DNA from: Kiritimatiellia bacterium
GTDB taxonomy: Bacteria > Verrucomicrobiota > Kiritimatiellia > SLAD01
Direction: 5' to 3'
Assembly: GCA_007136425.1 (NCBI GenBank)
Contig: SLGY01000191.1
Location: forward strand, 1-56,470
DNA: 56,470 bases
Numbering within the stretch: the stretch's first letter is position 1; each line of letters begins with the position of its first letter. Below are positions 47,815 to 56,470 of this stretch, in pieces. The notes below the pieces were generated by a model. The model ran no database searches and was not told where the DNA came from. It saw only the letters and a program-made list of their open reading frames with translations. A program made the position numbers and the translations under genes.

Positions 47815-48291
47815 ATGGAAATGGATATCGAATTAATGGCCGCAATAGGCAAGGCGGGCGCCGCCGCCGTACTGGGATTGGCGGGTGTGGGCTCCGCCAT
47901 CGGGACCGGAACCGCCGGCATGGCCGCGATCGGCGCGTGGAAGAAATGCTATGCGCAAAGCAAGGCCGCCCCGTTCATCCTGATCACCTTCATCGGTGCG
48001 CCGCTGTCTCAAACGATCTACGGCATGATTCTCATGCTCCAGATCAACGGCGCCATCGACGCCATGGTGGCCGGCGGCGAAACCTTCATCGCCTGGCCCA
48101 TGATGCTCAGCGCCGGCATCTTCGGAGGCCTCGGCATGGCCGCCTCCGCCGCGTTTCAAGGCAAGGCCGGCGCCGCGGGCGCGGACGCCCTGTCCGAAAC
48201 GGGACAAGGCTTCGGCAACTATTTGATGACCATCGGTATCGTGGAAACCGTCGCACTCTTCGTGCTCGTGTTCCTGCTGATCCTGATGTAA
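47815..48291 (+). CDS. atpK: V-type ATPase proteolipid subunit K (duplicated 4-TM form)
   Basis: Two Gly/Ala-rich hairpins and a single carboxylate E144 in IGIVETVALF. The first hairpin has SQT in place of a carboxylate. Confidence 0.9.
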   Translation: MEMDIELMAAIGKAGAAAVLGLAGVGSAIGTGTAGMAAIGAWKKCYAQSKAAPFILITFIGAPLSQTIYGMILMLQINGAIDAMVAGGETFIAWPMMLSAGIFGGLGMAASAAFQGKAGAAGADALSETGQGFGNYLMTIGIVETVALFVLVFLLILM

Positions 48292-48340
48292 GTCGACAGC
48301 CGCGCACAAAACGCTGCTCGCGATCGCGTCGCCCGGGACC

Positions 48341-49186
48341 TTGCGCCTCATGACAGCCCGCGCTCAAACCGATTCGGAAGGGGCACCCGGCGCGACGGGC
48401 GCACCGGAAGCGGCGCACGCGGAGCGGCGGTTCGTCTTCGTCGTCGGACACGCCTTTTGCGGATCCACGTTGCTGGGCCGGATGTTGAACAGCCATCCGG
48501 CTCTCTTCTGCCCGGGGGAAATGCTGCGCATACAAGACGCCTTCGAGGACGGCTATCCGTGTTCGTGCGATGCCCCCCTCGACACGTGTCCCTTCTGGAC
48601 AACGCGCCTGCCGCTGATCAACCAAGCCGCCCGACACAATTACCGGAAGACAACACTCGCGGATTACGATCGTCTCCGACGCCATGAACAGGCGCGCGCC
48701 CTCGTCGACACCTCCAAAACGCGGATCTACCGGTTGCGCCGCACCTTATGCCGCCCGCGCGAAACGGCCGTTATCCATCTGGTGCGCGACTTGCGCGGCG
48801 TCCTGGCATCGCACCTGCGCCGTGGCCACGATTTCCGCGCCCGCCTCGCCACCACGGTAAAGTGGGCCGCCCGTTTCGAACGCTTGCAGCGCACCCTCAA
48901 AGACCGCGCCGTACACGTCTTCTACGAGGACCTTGTCGAATCGCCCGAATCGACCTTGCGCGCCTTGTGCGTCTTCATCGGCGTCCCCTATGATGCTGCC
49001 CTCTTGACGCCGTCCCGCGCCGAGCACCATTTTATCCACGCCAGCATATCCCCATACCTGCGGGGCACGGACAAGCTTTCCAAAGATGAACGCTGGAAAG
49101 AGGAATTGAGCCCGGACCAGATCAACGAAACGGAACGCGCCATGCGCAAATCACAAATTTTGCGTGATCGCTATCTTGAAGGCTGA
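48341..49186 (+). CDS. sulfotransferase family protein
   Basis: A PAPS 5'-phosphosulfate-binding-like loop (VVGHAFCGSTLLGRMLNSHP) and a later VIHLVRDLRGVLAS (3'-phosphate-binding-like) block. Confidence 0.6.
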   Translation: MRLMTARAQTDSEGAPGATGAPEAAHAERRFVFVVGHAFCGSTLLGRMLNSHPALFCPGEMLRIQDAFEDGYPCSCDAPLDTCPFWTTRLPLINQAARHNYRKTTLADYDRLRRHEQARALVDTSKTRIYRLRRTLCRPRETAVIHLVRDLRGVLASHLRRGHDFRARLATTVKWAARFERLQRTLKDRAVHVFYEDLVESPESTLRALCVFIGVPYDAALLTPSRAEHHFIHASISPYLRGTDKLSKDERWKEELSPDQINETERAMRKSQILRDRYLEG

Positions 49187-49265
49187 CAGCGGCCACCATG
49201 GGCAACACCATAATCCTTAGCGAACAATACATACTGACCCCATTGGGTGAATCCGCCGGACGCAG

Positions 49266-49305
49266 AGGTCCGGCCTACAACGGTCCGTGGTTGTAGGCCG
49301 GACCT
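49266..49305. repeat. perfect 16-bp-stem palindrome (extendable to about 20 bp), REP-like / terminator-like
   Basis: AGGTCCGGCCTACAAC, loop GGTCCGTG, then GTTGTAGGCCGGACCT. It lies 80 nt after the sulfotransferase stop and has no U-tract. Confidence 0.8.
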
Positions 49306-49398
49306 TTGCCTGCCGCGCTGGAGGCTTTGCGCAGGCGGGTCCCCGGCGATTATTCGTTAAGGATTGTGGTGGGCAACACGATCCGCCGAGGCTGGACT

Positions 49399-49509
49399 TT
49401 CCAACGATTGGAAAACAAGGTACAAAACGCTTCCAACGATTGGGAAATAGGCGCACATTTCTTCCAACGATTGGAAAACGGTGTGCAAATCGCTTCCAAC
49501 GATTGGAAA
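49399..49509. repeat. four phased copies of the palindromic box TTCCAACGATTGGAAA
   Basis: Copies at 49399, 49431 (one extra G), 49462 and 49494, with start-to-start spacing of 32/31/32 bp. The last copy ends 21 nt before the methyltransferase ATG. Confidence 0.9.
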
Positions 49510-49530
49510 CAACCTTGAAGGAATAAATAG

Positions 49531-50187
49531 ATGGAAGCTTTGACATGGCCGCCGCCCGTCCTCTACGGATCGTTCCCGCAACGACTGGATCGCGCAAAGT
49601 TCATCGCAACGCACTTTCGCGAGCACATTCGCGGCAAGGTTCTTGACGTCGGGTGTGATGAAGGGCACCTGCGCGAAATGATCGACGGCATGGAGTATAC
49701 GGGCATCGACGTGGGCGGACATCCGGATCTGGCCGTCGATCTGGAAGCAACCGAACGTCTGCCCTTCGAGGATAACGCCTTCGATTGCCTGATCTGCAGC
49801 GATGTACTGGAACATCTCGACAGCTTGCATCGCACGTTCGGCGAGCTGGTACGCGTGTGTCGGGGTTCGATCATCATTTCGCTGCCCAACAACTGGGTCA
49901 ATGCGCGTCAACCGATCGAGCGCGGTCACGGCGCGTTCTCGCATTACGGGCTTCCGGCCGACCGCCCCGCGGATCGTCACAAATGGTTCTTCAGCCTTGC
50001 GGACGCGCAGGCATTTTATCATGCGCAAACGGAGCGGTACCCGATCCGGATCGACGAATGTTTCGCGATGGAGAAACCGCGTCCCGCCCTCGTACGCGCG
50101 GCGCGCCGCCTGCGTTATCCGAATCGTCTGCATTATCTTAACCGTTACGCGCACACGTTATGGGTGCGTTACGAAAAGAAGGATTAG
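49531..50187 (+). CDS. class I SAM-dependent methyltransferase
   Basis: Motif I VLDVGCDEGHL and the post-I/II blocks LPFEDNAFDCLICSDVLEHL. Confidence 0.75.
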   Translation: MEALTWPPPVLYGSFPQRLDRAKFIATHFREHIRGKVLDVGCDEGHLREMIDGMEYTGIDVGGHPDLAVDLEATERLPFEDNAFDCLICSDVLEHLDSLHRTFGELVRVCRGSIIISLPNNWVNARQPIERGHGAFSHYGLPADRPADRHKWFFSLADAQAFYHAQTERYPIRIDECFAMEKPRPALVRAARRLRYPNRLHYLNRYAHTLWVRYEKKD

Positions 50188-50382
50188 AGCAGTTCAAAGC
50201 AAACTGTAGCCGCCCAGTTTGACCCAATCGTCACCCCGAAATGACTTGGTGAGTTGAACAGACATCGACGGCTACAAGATAAACTGAAATGCTCTAAGCT
50301 CTCACACAAGCGAGATCGACGTGGTCGGAGTATGCGTCATTTGACGACGTACGCGTGGTGAGGGATAGTGGCGGCAAGAGGT

Positions 50383-50826
50383 ATGAGCAAAATCTTTCAA
50401 CTTATCAGGGGGGTTCTGTTTCCGGTCACACTGGCATGGCTGATCACGGGATGCGCCACGACGGTCGACGATCGCATTCAAGCGGATCGGGAGCGGTACG
50501 ACGCCTATCCCGCGGACATACAGGCCAATATCAGCGAAGGACGGATCGAACCGGGATACAGCGAAGACATGGTGCGCATGGCTTTGGGGGAACCGGACCG
50601 TGTCGGCACGCGAATCACGGAAGATACCGCCGATGAGGTTTGGGTTTATCATCCGCCGCGTTCACGGTTCACCGTGGGGATCGGCGGTTCCACGGGACGA
50701 CGGACTTCCTCCGTCGGCATAGGCACCGGCGTCGGCGTCCGAACCGGTGCCCGACGGGGAGAAGGGAAACGCGTTATCTTCGAGGAAGGGGTCGTGCGTT
50801 CCGTGGAGCAAACAGACGCGGAATAG
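50383..50826 (+). CDS. small lipoprotein, SmpA/OmlA (BamE-like) domain with a Gly-rich tail
   Basis: Lipobox WLITGC and GYSEDMVRMALGEPDRV, resembling the BamE/SmpA_OmlA core. ATG at 50383. Confidence 0.45.
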   Translation: MSKIFQLIRGVLFPVTLAWLITGCATTVDDRIQADRERYDAYPADIQANISEGRIEPGYSEDMVRMALGEPDRVGTRITEDTADEVWVYHPPRSRFTVGIGGSTGRRTSSVGIGTGVGVRTGARRGEGKRVIFEEGVVRSVEQTDAE

Positions 50827-51041
50827 CCAACGGCGTTCCGCCGAAGGCTGATCATCTCGGGCGGAAAGCGGTGGGCAGCTTTACCGCCGGGCATCGCATC
50901 CACGCTGTTACCCGCCTCCGTCCCAAAGGGACTATGGCGCGGCATGCCGGCGCGGCTACCAACAACCATACTAATCGGCGCTCTGCTCCCATTGAAAATG
51001 GGAGCTACGATAGAAATCCGGGAATCGTGTCGATGGCGCAA

Positions 51042-52685
<1,644 letters not shown>

Positions 52686-52698
52686 TTAAGATTACGGG

Positions 52699-53493
52699 TT
52701 ATTCGTAGACCAATCGTTTCAGGGCTACGGGCGTGCCCGGATCGGTCTGGAACACACGGAACGCGGAACCGCCGCAGACCGCGATCTCCAAAAAGCCCGA
52801 CGACCCGATCACCGCCACCGGCCGCCCTTGATCCACATCGCCGTAGGTGCGTGCGATATCGCGGATCGACAGGTCGGCGCCGCCGATGCGCATGGTCCAT
52901 TGCGCGTCGGGCGGCAGTCTGGCCCCCTCGATATTCGTGATGAGATTGCCGTAGCGATCCACGTGCAGGATACGCCCTTTAATGATCCGTTCCCCATATT
53001 CCGGCTGGGAAACGGCGAGCAAAACGAATTCTTCCGCCGGTTCGGCGATCTCCTTCCAATCCATGCGACCGGAAGCGATCACGCCGGCGGCATAGGCGAA
53101 GATGTCCCGGCCGTGAAAGGTTGCGGAGAGATGGGCCGGCAAATGAAAGTCGGCCTTGATCCGGCGCACTTCGCGTTGTTCGGCGCGCTGCAACGGATGC
53201 GTGAAGAGACCGTTATCCGGCCCGATCAGGTAGCGCCCGTCCACCTCGGCAATGACGGCTTGCCGATCGGTGCCGACACCCGGATCGACCACTGCCACGT
53301 GGAGCGTCCCTTCCGGGTAATAGCGCCAGCAGGAGGCGAGACACCATGCGCCCGCTTCCACATCCTGCGCGGGGATGTCGTGGGTGACATCCACCACATC
53401 GGCGTGCGGCGCTTCGTTCAAAATAACGCCTTTCATCGCGCCGACGTATCCGTCGGCGGTTCCAAAATCCGTGGTCAACGTGATTATCGGCAT
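52699..53493 (-). CDS. SAM hydroxide adenosyltransferase family protein (DUF62)
   Basis: PIITLTTDFGTADGYVGAMKGVIL is the family-typical N-terminus. The start could also be at 53505 or 53535. Confidence 0.75.
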   Translation of the reverse strand: MPIITLTTDFGTADGYVGAMKGVILNEAPHADVVDVTHDIPAQDVEAGAWCLASCWRYYPEGTLHVAVVDPGVGTDRQAVIAEVDGRYLIGPDNGLFTHPLQRAEQREVRRIKADFHLPAHLSATFHGRDIFAYAAGVIASGRMDWKEIAEPAEEFVLLAVSQPEYGERIIKGRILHVDRYGNLITNIEGARLPPDAQWTMRIGGADLSIRDIARTYGDVDQGRPVAVIGSSGFLEIAVCGGSAFRVFQTDPGTPVALKRLVYE

Positions 53494-53679
53494 CGGATCT
53501 CCCATGCGCATAACGTGATTGCATTTCCCCGACAAATCGTTAGCTTGGTGTCACAGTTCGCGGTAACCGTCCACGCCGTCGTCCGCGTGGACCTGCCGCA
53601 GAATCCGGCCGCCGCATGGGCGCGGTTACCCGCCCATCTGCAGTGCGCTCTGAATGAGGCCGTGTTTTCTATCACCATA

Positions 53680-54357
53680 ATGACTACGCAGAATACAGAA
53701 AAAAGGCAGAAAGCCAAACAGGAAGACGAATCGGAATTCAGCATAGCGTTGTCACGTGACGACATCAACGCCATGCCGATCGACCGTTATCATGGCCCCG
53801 TCACCGTGGCCCGCGACGACGCCGATGTCCGACGCGCCTGCCAAACGTTGACCCGCGAACGAATCCTCGGCTTCGATACGGAAACGCGTCCTTCTTTCAA
53901 GAAAGGGGTTTCCTATCAGCCTTCCTTGATCCAGTTGGCCGGCGCGCACCGGGTCTATCTGTTTCCTCTGCCGGACCACACCCTGCCTGCCCCACTCAAG
54001 AAACTACTGGGCCGTGCGGACATCATCAAGACGGGCGTAGCCATGGATTATGACTTGAAACAATTGCGGGCCATGGATGAATTCGAGCCGAACGGCTTTA
54101 TCGGGCTGGAACCCATGGCGAAAGCCTTGCGCATCAAGAACCAGGGCCTGCGCGGTTTGGCGGCGGCTTTACTGGGATTTCGCATTTCCAAACGGGCGCA
54201 GTGCTCGAACTGGAGTCGCGCCGACCTGACCGAGGCGCAAATCACTTACGCCGCCACGGACGCGTGGGTCAGTCGCATGCTATACCTTGAACTGAACCGG
54301 CGGCTTGAGGAAGCGGAGCGGAAGAACGGGCAGCTCGAAACCGTTTCCGATGCGTGA
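53680..54357 (+). CDS. 3'-5' exonuclease (DnaQ-like, RNase D / DNA_pol_A_exo1 type)
   Basis: ExoI LGFDTET and ExoIII YAATDAW. ATG at 53680; the long upstream part of ORF 52828.. is antisense to the DUF62 gene. Confidence 0.75.
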   Translation: MTTQNTEKRQKAKQEDESEFSIALSRDDINAMPIDRYHGPVTVARDDADVRRACQTLTRERILGFDTETRPSFKKGVSYQPSLIQLAGAHRVYLFPLPDHTLPAPLKKLLGRADIIKTGVAMDYDLKQLRAMDEFEPNGFIGLEPMAKALRIKNQGLRGLAAALLGFRISKRAQCSNWSRADLTEAQITYAATDAWVSRMLYLELNRRLEEAERKNGQLETVSDA

Positions 54358-54421
54358 TATCCCCTTGAACGCCCCATGGCCATTGATTATGCTGTTCGAT
54401 GACTGTTCGGGGTAACCCTCT

Positions 54422-55129
54422 ATGAGCACACAAGCATATAACTTCGGTGGTATCGACCTCGAGCTGCATGTAGGGTCGGACGTATTCGAGCCGAACCTCA
54501 CCACGCGGCTCCTTGCCGAAACCGTGGATATTCCGTCCGGAAGCCGTGTGCTCGATCTCGGCTGCGGCATCGGCCCCATTGCCATCATTGCCGTAAAGAA
54601 AGGGGCCGGGGAAGTGGTTGCCGTGGACGTCATGGAAACGGCCTGTCGGTACGCGGAAAGGAACGCGGCATTGAACGAGGTTGCCGACCGCGTACGCATC
54701 ATTAACGGGAACCTCTTTGAGGGCTTGGATGGCGAGAAGTTCGATATCATCATCGACGATGTCTCCGGCATGGCGGAAGGCGTATCGCGTATTTCGCCGT
54801 GGTATCCTGAAAGCATTCCCACGGGCGGACATGACGGCACCGCTCCGACGATAGATATGCTGCAACGGGCGCGGGCTTACCTGAAAGAGGGCGGCCAGCT
54901 CTATTTCCCTGTATTGAGTCTGGCGAATCATCAACGCATTCTGGAAGTGGCCCGGGAAGTTTACGGGGACAAACTGGAGTCGGTCGCCTCGAAATGGGTG
55001 CCGTTCTGCGATGAGTTCAAGGAGAACATGGCGGAGATGGAGCGCATGAAAAACGAGGGAGTCATTGACTATATCTCGAAACGGTCCCGTCATCTCTGGC
55101 GCTTGGAGATTTACCGGGCGGCGATTTGA
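54422..55129 (+). CDS. class I SAM-dependent methyltransferase (small-domain type)
   Basis: Motif I VLDLGCGIGPIAI and an acidic post-I VVAVD. No NPPY motif is seen. Confidence 0.65.
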   Translation: MSTQAYNFGGIDLELHVGSDVFEPNLTTRLLAETVDIPSGSRVLDLGCGIGPIAIIAVKKGAGEVVAVDVMETACRYAERNAALNEVADRVRIINGNLFEGLDGEKFDIIIDDVSGMAEGVSRISPWYPESIPTGGHDGTAPTIDMLQRARAYLKEGGQLYFPVLSLANHQRILEVAREVYGDKLESVASKWVPFCDEFKENMAEMERMKNEGVIDYISKRSRHLWRLEIYRAAI

Positions 55130-55152
55130 CGCGCAACCCTGCGCCCTGACGC

Positions 55153-56253
55153 TTACAGCTCCTCTTCGTCCGCTGTCAGTGCGATATTGACGAGAATCCC
55201 TATCATGAAGAAGGTCATGACAATACTTGACCCGCCGTAGCTGATAAATGGCAGCGGCAATCCCTTGGTCGGTACGAGCCCGGTTACGACCGCCATATTA
55301 AAGGCCGCTTGCAACGTAATCATCAGCGTGATCCCCAAGGCAAGCAACTTGCCGAACAGATCGCCCGTTCGCAGGGCAATCCGCAGACCGCACCAGAAAA
55401 GGACGCCGAACAGGAGCACCACCGACCACGACGCAATCAAGCCCAATTCTTCGCCGATGATGGCAAAGATGAAATCGGTATGGGATTCGGGCAAGTAGAA
55501 ACGTTTCTGGATGCTTTGCCCCAATCCCACGCCGCCCGCACCGCCGATGACGAATGCGTAGATGGCGCTGAGCAATTGGAACGCCTCCGTTTTCGCATAT
55601 TGTTCCGGGTTCAGAAAGGCCATCACGCGACGCATGCGCACCGGATTATGCATCACCAGCAAGAGAAACGACACACCGCCCAGCGCGGCTGTGATCGCCA
55701 AATAGCCAACTCGTGTGCCGCCGGCGAACATCAATAGCAAACCCACTCCGCCGACCAACACTGTTGTACCGAAATCCGGCGCGGCCAAAATGAGCAATGC
55801 AATCACGCCGATCAAGGCGAGCGGGATCAACAGACCGCGTACCAACTCGCGCACGCCGCGTTGCGAACGCGCCATGTACCACGACACAAGCACAATGACG
55901 GCTAATTTCGCCAGTTCGGATGGCTGGAAGGTTACCGGCCCGAATCGCACCCAACGGCTACTGCCTTTCACCGTTACCCCAATGCCGCCCGGCAGCACCG
56001 CGAGCACCAGCAACACTGCGGCCAAGATGGCGAGCGGTATGGCCCAGGTTCGCCATATCCGGTAATCGATCCGCGTCGCGAAGAATCCCAGCACCAACGC
56101 CAGCCCCAAGTGCAGCGCCTGCCGTTTAATGAAGTAATTCGGATCGTTGAATTGCTGCAGGCCGTGCACGCTGCTGGTACTGAGCAACATGACGATACCG
56201 AACGCCGTGAGGATCAGCGCCGTCCCGACGATAACGCTGGCCGTTTTCCACAT
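55153..56253 (-). CDS. FtsW/RodA/SpoVE (SEDS) family peptidoglycan glycosyltransferase
   Basis: About 10 TM helices, ESHTDFIFAIIGEELG and LPFISYGGSS. ATG at 56253. Confidence 0.88.
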   Translation of the reverse strand: MWKTASVIVGTALILTAFGIVMLLSTSSVHGLQQFNDPNYFIKRQALHLGLALVLGFFATRIDYRIWRTWAIPLAILAAVLLVLAVLPGGIGVTVKGSSRWVRFGPVTFQPSELAKLAVIVLVSWYMARSQRGVRELVRGLLIPLALIGVIALLILAAPDFGTTVLVGGVGLLLMFAGGTRVGYLAITAALGGVSFLLLVMHNPVRMRRVMAFLNPEQYAKTEAFQLLSAIYAFVIGGAGGVGLGQSIQKRFYLPESHTDFIFAIIGEELGLIASWSVVLLFGVLFWCGLRIALRTGDLFGKLLALGITLMITLQAAFNMAVVTGLVPTKGLPLPFISYGGSSIVMTFFMIGILVNIALTADEEEL

Positions 56254-56410
56254 GCGATGATCTCCTATAACCGCCCGTTCGGCACGTCCCCGCAAAATAG
56301 ACGGGCGCCTTCCGCGTGGGGAAGGCGCCCGTCGAAATCCGCCCACTCCGCCGCAAGCAAACGGCGCAGCGGATACGGCCCGAAGTTCGTATGCGCGTCA
56401 ACCGGGCGCG

Positions 56411-56470
56411 TCAACGCAATGGCGGAATCATCAGCGTTTGCCCGGGACGCAGCGATTCGTCTCCGGTCAT
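56411..56470 (-). CDS. 3' end of a CDS entering from beyond the window edge (possible LysM-type C-terminus)
   Basis: The frame is open from the window edge to the TGA at 56411-56413. It translates to ...TGDESLRPGQTLMIPPLR, and the GQxLxIP pattern resembles a LysM end. Only 19 codons are visible. Confidence 0.2.
   Translation of the reverse strand: MTGDESLRPGQTLMIPPLR

Noticed and set aside
49399-49509. Possible CRISPR array (regularly spaced repeats)
   Set aside because: The repeats are only 16 bp with spacers of about 15 bp. Spacers 1 and 3 are homologous, there are only four units, and no cas genes are in the window. The 38795..38894 cluster was rejected as CRISPR for the same reasons (15-bp repeats, irregular 1-26-bp spacing).
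49306-49518. 70-aa ORF with repeated FQRLEN.VQ.ASNDW peptide
   Set aside because: The repeat arises from the phased palindromic DNA boxes, and several frames on both strands are open across the array. There is no RBS and no coding-like composition, so it is treated as non-coding.
52699-53493. DUF62 protein as a possible fluorinase/chlorinase-type halogenase
   Set aside because: The family includes halogenases, but nothing visible here (no obvious extra loop, no biosynthetic neighbours) separates it from the common SAM hydroxide adenosyltransferases. This cannot be decided without an alignment.

Overview
GC-rich (about 60%) chromosomal segment from a diderm bacterium, densely coding, with many long antisense shadow ORFs. 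SHD1-like and RAYT-like domains, a Bacteroidota/Chlamydiota-type V-ATPase operon and an HprK/HPr/EI relay without permeases suggest the PVC superphylum or a related candidate phylum; this is inference only. Contents in order: (1) two AlgX/AlgJ-like SGNH paralogues bracketing a multidomain GH13 enzyme. (2) A convergent surface-polysaccharide locus (5.4-17.1 kb) with a large polytopic membrane protein, a flippase-like protein, an LbH acetyltransferase, an FrhB-like Fe-S protein, a pyruvyl transferase, an epimerase and a GT4, led by two tandem paralogous lipoproteins of unknown function. (3) guaB, an orphan multi-PAS/GAF histidine kinase and a PagL-like protein. (4) A roughly 10-kb co-directional block: DUF3108-like gene, heptose kinase, kdsB, kdsA, lptC, lptA, lptB, hpf, hprK, ptsH, ptsI, metK, with no rpoN or ptsN. 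(5) A phosphodiesterase with a nested domain, holA, a metallopeptidase, a HIT protein and an SDR. (6) A solitary HUH/Y1 (RAYT-like) transposase gene beside a short-repeat cluster. (7) A V-ATPase operon (E, DUF2764-like, A, B, D, I, K). (8) A sulfotransferase and a methyltransferase separated by a long hairpin and four phased palindromic boxes. (9) pgi, a DUF62 protein, a 3'-5' exonuclease, a methyltransferase and a SEDS protein. I saw no rRNA, tRNA or CRISPR array and no recognisable defence system. The most unusual items are non-coding repeat architectures and uncharacterised paralogues. All family assignments come from motif recognition by eye and need profile searches.
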